Notes under the pieces: model-generated
Told to the model about the DNA's origin: nothing
Databases searched by the model: none
What the model saw: only the letters and a program-made list of their open reading frames with translations
Made by a program: the position numbers and the translations under genes
In this document: positions 13,160 through 25,751 of the stretch, in pieces
Numbering within the stretch: position 1 is the stretch's first letter
Layout: every line of letters begins with the position of its first letter
Assembly (NCBI GenBank): GCA_950097015.1
Contig: CATNEN010000025.1
Span: forward strand, 3,720,001 to 3,784,000
Origin: Macrostomum hystrix
Lineage: Eukaryota > Animalia > Platyhelminthes
Length of the DNA: 64,000 bases
Reading direction: 5' to 3'

Positions 13160-13961
13160 CAGGGGTCGGCAAACTTAGTAGTGGCTGGGCCTCGGAGATA
13201 ACCTAAAAGAAGACAGCGGGCCGCATTAACTGTAGGAATATGAGACAGGGAAGAGATGAGACAGGGAAGAGATGAGACAGGGAAGAGATGAGACAGGGAA
13301 GAGATGAGACAGGGAAGAGATGAGACAGGGAAGAGATGAGACAGGGAAGAGATGAGACAGGGAAGAGATGAGACAGGGAAGAGATGAGACAGGGAAGATA
13401 TGAGACAGGGAAGATATGAGACAGGGAAGATATGAGACAGGGGAGAGATGAGACAGGGAAGATATGAGACAGGGAAGAGATGAGACAGGGGAGAGATGAG
13501 ACAGGGAAGAGATGAGACAGGGAAGATATGAGACAGGGAAGATATGAGACAGGGAAGAGATGAGACAGGGAAGATATGAGACAGGGAAGAGATGAGACAG
13601 GGAAGATATGAGACAGGGAAGATATGAGACAGGGGAGAGATGAGACAGGGGAGAGATGAGACAGGGAAGATATGAGACAGGGAAGAGATGAGACAGGGGA
13701 GAGATGAGACAGGGGAGAGATGAGACAGGGAAGATATGAGACAGGGAAGAGATGAGACGGGAAGAGATGAGACAGGGAAGAGATGAGACAGGGGAGAGAT
13801 GAAACGGGCGAGAGACGGGAGACACGGGAGAGATGAGACTCTCCACCTCCAGATGAGAGAGAGAGATGAAACAGGATACTATAGGTGTAGGAAGGGGCAA
13901 CGGGGCCGGATTTGGGAGCTTCGAGGGCGGCATCTGGCCCGTGGGCCGGAGTTTGTCGACC
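13160..13961. mobile_element. Second copy of the same hAT MITE, with expanded 16-bp minisatellite
   Basis: Left TIR CAGGGGTCGGCAAACT and the same right subterminal sequence (GGATACTATAGGTG...ATCTGGCCC...AGTTTGTCGAC). The right TIR is clipped and followed by CATAA, a partial match to the left flank TAGCATAA. Confidence 0.85.
13232..13835. repeat. 16-bp minisatellite (GAGATGAGACAGGGAA) inside MITE
   Basis: About 35 units. Confidence 0.95.
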
Positions 13962-14537
13962 ATAACAATGGGCTGGATTAGTACATGCTTACTTATGCCC
14001 AAAAAAGTCCAACTTATGTCCAAAAAAGAATGTCTAGTTTTTTTGTCAGAAACGCACGACCGTTGGCAGTTGAGCAAAAAACAACGATTGATTAACGACT
14101 AGAATAATGACTTTCCTGAGCTTCTTAGCATCTATGACTCATATAGACAACTATAATCTTGTCTGATGCTCTATTCCATTGCCTATTCTTCTACTTTCCA
14201 CAACGTTAACTTAGTGGAAGATCTTTAAAATTGGCACCCGAGTTTTTGTCTTTTAGTCCTTTTCAGAAGCATGCACAAATATACGATATTCTGGCAAGCA
14301 GCGACTAAAATCTCTGCAAGTTTGATGCCAACGTTTGAAGTTACGCATTTTTGTACAGCTGTAAATCATTTTCAAAGTCTATATAATCTATTTGATATGA
14401 TTGGAATACTGTAATCTGCTGTACCATGGAATTTCCTCCTTATAAAAAGAAATGTGTTGTAACTTTTTAATCACGAAAAGCACCTGCATGTAGTAAAAGC
14501 TGTACTATGCACGTATCGAAAGAAAATGGGCGTTTGT

Positions 14538-14850
14538 AATAATAATAATAATTTCTTACACCTACCCCTATTCGGGCCGGATGTGAAGCTCACAACACAG
14601 CCGCAGATTTTGCGCGGCGCACCTGTAGGCTGCGTACGGTTGAATTCAGTCCATGGACTGGGGGGACGCCACACCCACCCCCAATTACCCCAGCTGATGC
14701 TGGTACCCATTTAACAGCTGGGTGAACTGAAGCAATGCAGAGTTAAGTGTCTTGCTAAAGGACAAAATTGTTCTAGTTGAGTCGGGAATCAAACTCCCGA
14801 CCTTCTATTCGTGAGTAAGACGCACTTTATAACCACTAGGCTAAAACCCC
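14538..14850 (-). mobile_element. tRNA-derived CORE-like SINE with (ATT)n tail
   Basis: Reverse-complement homology to the 4296 copy over head, core and 3' region. It ends in an ATT microsatellite tail. Confidence 0.82.
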
Positions 14851-17442
14851 ATTAAAATAAAATATACAATATACTACAATATTGTACGGTACAATCGGAT
14901 CAATGATTATACAATTTTAGATAATAGAAATTTAAGACAGCAGCTTGAACAATATATATTTGACTCTTTCCAAAATTTAGTATACTAGAGCAGTAAATGT
15001 GCACCCCTTAATATCGGGTGCCCTCTATATGATATGGCTTTTCTTTTATCAAAGGCAGATTAATGAAAACTAATAATAGGCATTTTACTGTCTCTTGAAA
15101 GGCACTATCTTTTATAAAGTGAGGATGGAGAAGTTCTAGGCTAAATAGTGAAAGTATTATTGTTTTCGGCAATTTAATAAACAGAAATATTTCTATGTAA
15201 ACAACAGTTTACCTAACTAGTTTACCTCGTAGCATATAAAGCTTGAAGACAAAGCTGCAGCATGCTGAGAAAGAAAGCCTGATTTGAGTAAATCGTACAC
15301 TGTTTGCATAACTAATAATCAATAAATGAAGGCAAATAGATGTGATTTATAACAATTAGATGAAATCCTATATCTACTAAATTCAAGTGGCGTAAATTAT
15401 ACTCTAATTCGTAGACAATGCAAAGCAATTAACAATAATGAAATTAAGAAATAAAAAGGATGTGCATATACGAGTAATTGAGCCCTATGAAATTTAATGC
15501 GACTTGAGGCCTAAAAAATTCGCCAAGATCAGTTAAACCGATAATTTAAAGGCTTCGCTACTAAAAATCATGGAGATATCTGATTTCTGATTTCGGATAA
15601 CCGACTGCATGCATGCCTACATTCTCAGTCTCAGTAGGAGCTGACCATAATTGTTGAAGACCGACTTGAGCATTCCAGTTCTGGCTGTTCAAGAGCCTCG
15701 CAAGTGCACGGTGTTGGCTGCCTGCTCTCATCCACCGCGTCCAAAGCCCCGCTGAACATCTGGTGTCCTCTGAGCCTGTCCTTTATCAAGCGTCCTTTGC
15801 CCTGAAGAACAGGCATCTGCATGTTGTCTATACTCCGACACCCCATCGCACTAGTGAGAATCCCGCGATCTTGTTTTTGTTGTCGGTGACTTCAGTGCCT
15901 CTGCCTGTTGATGGTCGCCTATTGAATAATTTCTGCGGTTCTCCGAATGCCAATTCTGCCAATCTGTCCAGCTTCACCCAGGGTCAGAGATTTGATTGCA
16001 GTCAACTGTCAGGTCGTCAACCCCGGCTCTCGACCATGCAGTCTGCTGACTCATTCACCATGCAGTGCTTTTGCTTTAACCATTTGGCGGAAAGCTAATG
16101 AAACATTAACGCTGTGGGAACAACGACCGGGGAGGCAGGAGGTGCAGCGCGCCACTACCATTGACGGCCCACAGCAGTGAACAGGCCGCCCTACAGATAG
16201 GCTTTTAGGTGCTACTCAGTTAGGCGCCACGAGTCTGAGGGCCTCCTTTTGAGACCCGGCGCGCATATCCGTGACCGTCCAGTAGATGCCGGGCCACTGC
16301 AGGTTGCGGCGCAACGTAGAGGCGGATCAGCCATCGAATGGGTGACTAAGACCAGGTTTATAAAACGCCACCGACACCCACCAGAGCCACCCATGCCAAG
16401 CACAGGCCCGCAACTGAACGACGTTATAGTAGACGCGCCGACGCTCAGCTCCGTGTCACTCGTCGACCAAGCCCGTGGCTCGAGCCTGACACCACTTGTA
16501 CGGATTGCGGGCACCGGCACTTGCTGCCTGCCAACCCCACCCCGCGCTGCCCGGCGTCGTCTGCACCTGGACAAAAGCCCGACCTAGGCCCTGTCCACCA
16601 ATGGCCCGCGCGTCCTAGGTGTGCCTCTTCCGTCTCCGTCCGGAATCACAACCACCAGGCCATGCAGTATATTGCTCAAGAACACGCGCAGCAGCTGCAC
16701 ATAAATGTACGTTTATACAATACTACGCCAGAATATGTTATGCACACATGCGCATGATTACATAACAACCAAAGTGCAGTATATACTAAAGCACGACGAC
16801 AGAATCAGAGTCAATAGTTATTTCCGGATTTACTTGATTTCCTTGTAAATAATCATCATGCCTATTGTATCAAAAACTAGGTGCAACGTCAGGTGAACTT
16901 ACCTATGCAACACAATGACCACTAGAAGAACTCCTTATATAGTAGTTGCCCTTTAAAGCAACAATGCCAGTGTTTTAAAAGATAAGTCATTGTGAACTTA
17001 TTCGTTTCGGTGAAGAAAATAAAAACTCCGTTGCCAAAGCATATTTTATCAGCTTTTTGTTTCGTGCTGTGCTTTGTTTTACTTTCAAAATAGTCTCGCG
17101 CTGATACAAGTGCTCAAGAAGCATTCCGATTTCATGGAAATTTTTAAAACAGAGCGTTTGGCAAGTTTCCCAGTGTCTTTCTTTCTGGAATCCAGTTAGT
17201 CTTTAACGTGTTATGTGTTTATGTATGCCGATATTATTAATTTTTGTTTAAAGCTAGACTAAAAATTCCTTAAAAGCGTACATTTTCGTGTTTACTATCC
17301 TATGGTCCTGTGTATGTAAAATATACTATACCATTTACTTAGCAAATGCTAAGTAAAAAACAACTTTTTACCTCAGTAGTTGATATAGCTAAAGCATAGA
17401 ACATACGTACTAGGACTACTATTATTACACATTAAAAAATAG

Positions 17443-20400
17443 ATGAATCCAAACTCTTCCACTATCATTTTTCCTTCCGGTAGAAATGTATGCATTGATT
17501 TCTTTAAAGGAATTTCACCTGTGTACTTTCTTTCACATTTCCATATGGGTAAGTACTGAAAATTAGTTTTTTAAGATAAAATATATGCATAAGTTATATT
17601 TATAAGATTTTTTGTTGCATAATTTTTATGTGCAGCTTATACCTATTTGTGACTCAGGTAATAAGCCCAAAGCCCTATAGTTTTTACTTTTAAATTGGTT
17701 TATAGGCTTGTTAGAGTTATTAGCTATTTTTTTATAGAAAACTTTTTTTTTCTCACACAAGAGTATATGCAATACACACAGCAATAATTACATAAAACTA
17801 CATGGAGATTGTATTTTAGGCACAATGTCTATAAATCCATAGTGCTATTTTGGTACCTTGGCCACATGTCCAAACCAAAACCAGTCTACCTAAAAGTTAA
17901 GTGCCATGGCACCACCAATTTAGCACAAAAAACTGATTAGGACCTTGTAAACATATGTTATAGCTTTTAAGCCCTAATACTAATAGGCCTATTTGCTCTA
18001 TACATTATATATCTCTTTTGCATGCTTATTTGCTAATTTGATTTTTCTAAATGATGATATATCAAACAAATAACACTAATAATTTATTCATTTAGATAGA
18101 CATTTTTTAAGAACAGTTATCGTTATGTTCAAGAAGAGGTCATATTGTTTTGTTGGAAATAAAAATGATTTTTGAATCTAATTACATTTGCTGCTATCTT
18201 TATTAATATTTTATGTTGTAGCTTCTCTGTTTACAACCAGTTTTTTTAATTGCAAATACTGAAAATATAGGCCACTTTTTTCAAAGTTATTGTAACATGC
18301 AATATAAAATAAATGAGACTATAAAGAGCTAGCCCATGGTATTTGTGTGATTTGTAGTCAGTATCCAGCTTTGAACACATGATTTTGGACTGAGCACCTT
18401 AATGTGTATTTGTAGATAATTTATGTGTGTCTTGATTTTTCTGTGCAGTTGGAAAACTATTTAAACATATAATTAAACTAGCTTTTTTTGCCCGTTGTTT
18501 TTGGGGCAGAAATTTAAAGCAAAGCAGTAAGCAATTCACGTCTCTGTATTAACTTTATAGTGAAGGTCACCATTTATTTATTTACTGCATGAATGAAAAG
18601 TGAAGAGTTTGTTTAAGGGCGTACTGGCTCTGACAGCCAGTCAACGTCAGCATATCGAACCATCAGGTTCGGGTAAACTTTTGCCTTGAGCTCCTGCACT
18701 GACTGCACAATGGTTCCGATTGTAGCGATCGATGACTGCCCATTCTCTGTGCTAATCTCCAGCAGACCATTGCCGATTCGCAATAGATTGGCAGAGAACT
18801 CATGAGCTGTTTCGTCTCCTTGAATTGTAGCTCTCATGTTTGTTCGTAGGTGCAACTTCACAACCGATGGCCACAGGTGAGATGATTTTAGGAAAGCATT
18901 AATCTCATCAGCAGGAGTGCCTCGCGGAATCACAGGCAGCGTCTGTCTAAAGTCTCCAGACAGCAGCAGAGTGACACCACCCATCAGTTGATTGCTATTG
19001 CGCAGGTCTTTCAAAGTTAAGTTGAGTGCTTCAAATGCCAGTTTGTGGGACATGGTACACTCATCCCAGACGATAAGCTTGCAAGCCTGAAGCACTCTGG
19101 CAGTGCCTGTGTTTTTCTTGATGTTGCACAGCGGATTCTCCGCTCAAGACAGATCAAGCGGCAACTTCAGTGCTGAGTGGGCAGTGCGACCGCCTGGCAG
19201 CAAGGTGGCTGTAATTCCAGAGGAAGCTACAGCAATGGCAACGTCGCCTCGTTGCCTGACCTTTGCCAGAAGGAGGTTGATTAGAAATTTTTTTCCTGTG
19301 CCACCTGGAGCATCAAGAAAAACCATGCCACCAACGTTGTTGTTGACTCTGCGCAATAGCTCGCGGTACGCCTCTAGCTGCTCAGGCATGAGTCGGGGCT
19401 CATTCTCCTCTATGAACTGTCCCAGCTGCTCCTGGTCATCCAGCTCTTCCAGCAGTCCCAGTCGCTGACATGCTTCATGAAAAGTTTGGCAGGTATGGCC
19501 TTCCACCGTTCTAATGTGTCTAAATGACGTCGGACCAATCACGGTGTGTAGCAGGTAGTAGCATTCACTGTGGTTTGGGTGCACCGTGTACTCTGGCTAA
19601 TGCATCAGTCTGTCGTATTTCAGGATGGCCTGGAACTGCAGCGCCTTGAACCCGCCGCTTCCATCCTTTCGAAGAGGCGTTCCATGTGTAATAGGCAGGC
19701 ACCTGGTGGTACAGCAAAGTCCTGGCAAAGGGGTCTTCAGCGCACAACTTGAAGAAAGCAGTAAGAGTAGTGTCCTGTGGCCTTTGAGCACGTTGCTGGA
19801 TGTTCTCCTCCGTAAAGTATACTCTCTGACCGTTTTCCAGGTGCACACTGAGGTGCATGACAGTTGGGTGGCGTTCATGAATAGAGAATCCGAAGATTCG
19901 CCACATTGCCTCGTTAGAGCTGATACCTTCCGCTCTTGAAGCGATTGACTTCGTCAAATTCGTTTACTATGCCTCCAGGTCCCTCAATGTTGAACACTGC
20001 TTGGTCGCTACCCTTGTTCACGTACTTGCAAATGTACTTGATTGATTTAACAGAGTTGCACTACTCAACGTTGATGTGTGGATTGAACACCTTGGACAGT
20101 AGCGGGCAGTAGGGAACGACCCATCTGTTGTCCAGATCGATCTCTTCATTCCCATGGCTGCATAGAATAATGCGAGTGGTAAAGCCGCCATCCTCACGTG
20201 ATCCCCGTCGATACAGCGGATAACCGTCTTGTATTTTAGCAAAGCACTGTACGCCAGCCTCTCTCTTTCTTCTATCCCAGGCTGGCTGGAGAGAAATATT
20301 GACCGGAGAGCCCTGCGCACTGGGACGCCACCGCACTCACCGCACTCAGTCTCAGTGCTGCTTGGGGGCCAGTAGACAGTCTAGGGGTTTGGGCTGTGTA

Positions 20401-23400
20401 CATTCACGGCTTGAAATACAATGTACAGTCTGGGGCTTCGGCGCCCGGGGAAGGGAGGGGGTGGCTGTAATAAAATTTGGCCCGCAGAGTGGCGGAGGGG
20501 AGTTGGGGTGGCTGTCCTCGGAAAACAAAAAGTGACTCACTTTGAGATGATGCAGCTTTGCTCTGGATTGAGTAGAGATGTTCAAAATTGACAGCATTGT
20601 TGGAAAACATGTAAAGTGTAAGTGGATCAAATTTGGAGAAAATCTGACAAAGTGGGGCGACGATATGTCGAATTGTGTGATTTTTTGACGATTTTTGAGC
20701 AGTTTTTTGCACTTTTGAGCAGGAAGGAAATGATTTTTCGGGAATTTGAGTAGCCTATTGCACTCAGCGTAGGTGGTTTTAGGTGTGTGCAAAGTTTGGT
20801 GCAATTTGGTTGAGCGGTTTCGGCGTCTATAAAGACAAAAGGTTGCACACACACAGACAGACACACACACACACAGACAGAGTTTTCACTTTTATATATA
20901 TAGATATGCTACCTGTTTTAGGCTAACAGAGTAAATGCATATATAATGATATATAATTCCATTGATAAGGAGTGCATATTGGTTTGTTGAATTAGTTGCT
21001 AAAGAAAACTAGAGAAAGGATATAATATTCTATGAAAAAAATGCTTTTTGGAAGGTTAGGCTATATAAAAGTTTCTGGAAAAAGAAACTATACTGTATGT
21101 GTTTTACTTTTTCAATGTTAAATTAAAGAATGTTACTACATAATTAAATGTTTAAATCTTATATAGCTTAGGTTTTGGTTAGTTAGCTGGCTTGCTATAC
21201 TATATTTTAATTGATTATAACTATAGCCATTATAAATTAAAAGATAATTAATTTCAAAGATTAGCTGTTTGAAATCTAATGTCTAAAGAAAATAATATCA
21301 GACTGGGGTTTCTAAAAGCAAGTCTGTATGTTGTAAGTAAATAAATAATAGGTGCAACAAATAAATAATATTTGCAATCTGAGCTGTTTAATGACAAACA
21401 TTACTGGACTTCAATCTTTTTGGAAAACATTGAAGAAATTCCTCCTTCTTTCTTTGTTAGTTAATTGCACCTATTAATTTTTAATTGATTTATCCAGCCA
21501 AACTTTTGTATGTTTGGATTATTATGGCAATAAAATAAATTTATTACATTAGATATTAAAGTATGAATACATATTAAACGAATTTTAGATCATGTAGTTG
21601 GACTGAGAGATGTACAACATGACTGCAAGGTAAGAAAAATATTCGTATTATTATCATTCGTTTTTGCTAGCAGTCTCCAAAACACTAAAACATACTCCTA
21701 TTTGTGTTTGGTCTCTTATCAGTAGACGGATAGTGGACATGTTTTTACAAGTTTGCTTAAGTATGGCTACGTTATCTTTACTAAGCTGTGTATTTGGTAC
21801 TGACTGGATGACAGGTGCGAACTGTTGTATTTGCCAAACTTTTATGAATGCCATAATCGATATGAGTTTAATCGTGGTCTGTTTACTGGTTATCTAGTAA
21901 CATTGCTAGTTGTTTCCTAGGAGTTAGGAAAAAAATCAGAGTTTAGTTGTAACGACAAAAAAATAATGTCCTAAGTTATCTCCTAACTTAATTGTACTAA
22001 TGATAGTCATAGATAATCGGCAATTTATGATAGCACCAATGGTCTATGAGTAGAAGTGTAGATGAAACAATGGGCAGATGAACGATCAAATCAGAGTATC
22101 TATGATCAATGGATAAAATCAGTGAATAAGTAAATGACCAAGTCGAAGATCTATGAGCAGTGGATAAGTAAATGTCCAAGTCGAAGATCTATGAGCAGTA
22201 GATGTATTAATGACCAAGTCGAAGATCTATGAGCAGTATATGTATTAATGACCAAGTCGAAGATTTATGAGCAGTAGATGTATCAATGCCCAAGTCGAAA
22301 ATCTATGATCAGTAAATGTATCGATGACCAAGTGGAAGATCTATGAGCAGTAAATGTATCAATCACCAAGTCGAAGATCTATGACCAGTAAATGTATCAA
22401 TGACCAAGTCGAAGATCTATGAGCAGTAGATCGGTGAATGACAAAGTCGAATATCTATGCAGATTTGGCTAAGCCTAAATGATAAACTGAGGTGAGAATT
22501 TACAGTTAGACAATGCTCTTCACATCATCTGAACGCTCAGATCTACTGCTCCGGCATCACCCGGCACCTGGTGCTCGCTGATCGATCATTCTCCTGCGTT
22601 CATCACCTACTGGCGGAGCTGCCCGTGAACTCCGTCCAGCCCGTGCCAGAGTTGCCAGGCATCAGTGTGACCCTGATTCCCGCGGGTCACTGCCTTGGCA
22701 GCGTGATGTTTCTGTTTGTAGACAAGGCGGATGGATATTCGGCTTTGCATACGGGAGACTTTCGCATTCCGACTAGCCAGGAGGCTTTGAGCAGTGTGTC
22801 TGCTTTTCATATGGAAACTCGGTGCGGCTTGTTTGTCTTTTTAATTTTATACTTTTGTAGATTATTTTTCTACAAACATTTTCATTTCCAGTATTGTGCT
22901 ACGATAATATATAGTCATCAATATAATTTTGTGTCCATAACCAGCCACACTCAGACGCCTAAATCCTCACGGCCACACTCACTGATCCCTAAATCCTCAC
23001 CACCACACTCACAGATCCCTAAATCCTCGCCGCCACACTCACAGATCCCCAAATCCTCGCCGCCACACTCAAAGATCCCTAAATCCTCACGGCCACACTC
23101 ACAGATCCCCAAATCCTCACGGCCACACTCACAGATCCCCAAATCCTCGCCGCCAGTGTATCAATCACAGATCACACTCACACCCAAAGATCCCAAGTCC
23201 TCGTCGCCACACTCACAGATCCCCAAATCCTCACGGCCACACTCACAGATCCCCAAATCCTCGCCGCCAGTGTATCAATCACAGATCACACTCACACCCA
23301 AAGATCCCAAGTCCTCGTCGCCACACTCACAGATCCCCAAATCCTCACCGCCAGTCTCACAGATCCCTAAATCCTCGCCGCCAGTGTATCAATCACAGAT

Positions 23401-25257
23401 ATCGATCACACTCACAGATCCCCAAATCCTCGCCGCCAGTCTCACAGATCCCTAAATCCTAACCGCCACACTCACAGATCCTCAAATCCTCACCGCCACA
23501 CTCACAGATCCTCAAATCCTCGCCGCCACACTCACAGATCCCTAAATCCTCGCCGCCAGTCTCACAGATCCCTAAATCCTAACCGCCACACTCACAGATC
23601 CCTAAATCCTCGCCGCCAGTCTCACAGATCCCTAAATCCTAACCGCCACACTCACAGATCCTCAAATCCTCTCCAAAAGCTATAACTACTGATGATCCAC
23701 AGTCTTAGAACTAGATGCCCCATTGGTTAGATGTTTATTTATTTCCAATCGAATCGCACAATCCAACAACCTCGGCAGTGTTATCCCTATCGACTTGATG
23801 GTGGTGGACACAACTTTCTTCACTGAGCACTGCCGCATCCTGCCCACTAGAGACGAATCGATGGAAGCCATTTGCGGTTTCGTAGGCGACTGGATTGAAC
23901 GCTATAAGGGAAATTATAATGCGTCTAAAACCAGCCGTGGCCAGGGTGTTGTGCTTGTTGCTAAGGCCAGGTTCTCCTATGAGTACGTGTATCAGGGCCT
24001 GGCTGAGACTTTCAATACCAAGGTAAGTGTGGGGCGGAAACAAAATATCAAATTAAAAAGTTACTTCCTCTATAATTAAGAATTTGTTGCAAATGGCAGG
24101 TGCATATCAGTGAGCAGTCACTTCGTTACTACGGCCAGCTTAGTGACAGCCTGCAGTTTTACTCAAACCGACCTGACGACTGTTTTGTCCATCTAGACGG
24201 CTGCGGCTGCAGCAATGCCGACATGCTGCGCGTCTGCATGTCAACTATGTACTTTGACAAGGTGTGACTGGATTGCGGCCCAAGTATTTTTATTAATATA
24301 TTCATGCTGAGTGTTATTGTCTGATCCCGGCTTTTAGTTAGGCTCTCTGACCAGATTGCGGCTATTGTCTTTGATCTCTCACTATCTCACTAGTCACATT
24401 GCGGCTTTTCTCTTTGATCTCTAACTATTCAGATTGCGGCTTTTCTCTTTGATCTCTAACTAGTCAGATTGCGGCTTTTCTCTTTGATCTCTAACTAGTC
24501 AGATTGCGGCTTTTCTCTTTGATCTCTAACTAGTCAGATTGCGGCTTTTCTCTTTGATCTCTAACTAGTCAGATTGCGGCTTCTCTCTTTGATCTCTCAC
24601 TATTTAGATTGCAGCTTTTCTCTTTGATCTCTAACTAGTCAGATTGCGGCTTTTCTTTTTGATCTCTAACTAGTCAGATTGCGGCTTTTCTCTTTGATCT
24701 CTAACTAGTCAGATTGCGGCTTTTCTCTTTGATATCTCACTATTTAGATTGCGGCTTTTCTGTTTGATCAGTGTAATATCTTTCCACCGGATCTGCAGAC
24801 TGCAGGCTTCACCCAGCCCGTTGTGTGGCTGGGCGAGCGCAAAGTCCGCGTACTATTCAGCTTTCATCCATCAATGAGCGAAGTTTCCGACCTGCTGGCC
24901 TACTTGCGTCCGCGCACCGCTCGAGCTCTGGTTGTACCAGCCGGCGACGGTGACGGCGATGGCGACGGCGAGAGTCGCGTCCAGGCTCGCCTAGACGCCC
25001 TGCTGGCTCGCCTGGCGCGTTCTCCATCAAACCTGTCAGCCGCCGCCTCGGCGTCGGTTTTCGAATTTAGTCGATCTGCTTCTTCTGTTTCTATGGCAAC
25101 AACAACAAAGCGGCCGAATTCTAAATCCGTGCCAGAAATTAAGGGCCTATTCCAGGGCGAAGGCGATGATAGCCAAGGACATAGCGAGGGCGATAGCGAT
25201 GATTCTCTCTGCGCAATGCCATCCAGACACACCAAAAAAATTGCGCGAGCATCCTGA
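17443..25257 (+). CDS. DCLRE1C: Artemis-like metallo-beta-lactamase/beta-CASP nuclease; exons 17443..17548, 21589..21629, 22541..22821, 23779..24022, 24100..24261, 24799..25257 (431 codons)
   Basis: Spliced protein has CIDFF...YFLSHFHMD|HVVGL (HxHxDH), IYCS, AGHCLGSVMFLF, HTGDFR, VVDTTF, KARFSYEYVY (Artemis KAAYGYEYLF-like), STMYF and FSFHPS...LVVP. All five introns are GT-AG with consistent phases. Exon lengths total 1293 nt, divisible by 3. Confidence 0.88.
18478..20904 (-). mobile_element. Non-autonomous, internally deleted Helitron (Rep/PIF1-helicase remnants) in Artemis intron 1
   Basis: 5' end A|TCTATATATATAAAAG followed by a (GT/CTGT)n microsatellite. 3' end has TGCCC..GGGCA hairpin then CTAG|T. 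Internal fragments: WVVPY, SIKYICKYVNKG (Rep catalytic tyrosines), LDAPGGTGK, GRTAHS, IVWDE, GDFRQTLP. Confidence 0.9.
18613..20336 (-). pseudogene. Disrupted Helitron RepHel coding fragments
   Basis: In-frame stops after NVE (~20061) and DLS (~19144), frameshifts near 19930 and 19580, an internal deletion at GLLE|ELDD, and helicase truncation after WLSE. Confidence 0.85.
22130..22460. repeat. 38-bp intronic minisatellite (AATGACCAAGTCGAAGATCTATGAGCAGTAGATGTATT)
   Basis: About 8-9 units ending roughly 80 bp before Artemis exon 3. Confidence 0.92.
22945..23672. repeat. 30-bp intronic minisatellite (CACACTCACAGATCCCTAAATCCTCGCCGC)
   Basis: About 24 units; gives the HSQIPKSSPP pseudo-ORF. Confidence 0.93.
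24350..24770. repeat. 35-bp intronic minisatellite (CAGATTGCGGCTTTTCTCTTTGATCTCTAACTAGT)
   Basis: About 11-12 units filling Artemis intron 5. Confidence 0.93.
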
Positions 25258-25751
25258 CTTTACCCAATTTAAAATGGTGCCGATTTTTTTATTTTATCCA
25301 AATGCGTTCCACACTACTGAAATTAGTAGTTGCGCAATGTCACCAAACGACACAGAAATTTAAATTTATGTTTTCTTATTAACTATAAGATTGTCACATT
25401 TTTTAATTCAATGTATTTTAGCTTATCATATGCCACAGTTGCATTTTCTAGTAATTTAAGTGATGAAGCTTGTATAATTAAGAAATAATATATGTCTGTT
25501 GTGCCTTTTTATTTTGGCTCTTCAGTTAATCAACTAGTGGGTGCTTTTAGGGAAATTTGAAAATTCGCAAGCTAATCACCCGGATCATTAGGCTAATGAT
25601 CAGCCTCAGTTAGGACATTTTCCCACACTTGGTAAATTATCCCCCAATCAGCAAATTTCCAAGGCCCACAAGAAAGCTAGTATTCTCAACATTGCCACAT
25701 TTTTCAGCCAATTCTCATAGTATCAACCAGTGAAAGAAATCAGAATATTAA

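Noticed and set aside
16212-16400. Gypsy integrase zinc-finger remnant
   Set aside because: Only a few residues resemble it, there is an internal stop, and no downstream DDE core is present in frame.
22506-22540. Upstream acceptor TTTACAG at 22505 for Artemis exon 3
   Set aside because: It is out of phase with the phase-0 end of exon 2 and hits a stop; the 22541 acceptor keeps frame.
13160-25257. Functional link between hairpin-opening Artemis and the nearby hAT MITE or Helitron
   Set aside because: Transposon remnants occur throughout the window, so proximity gives no evidence of a RAG-like system; no transposase or RSS-like signals were seen.
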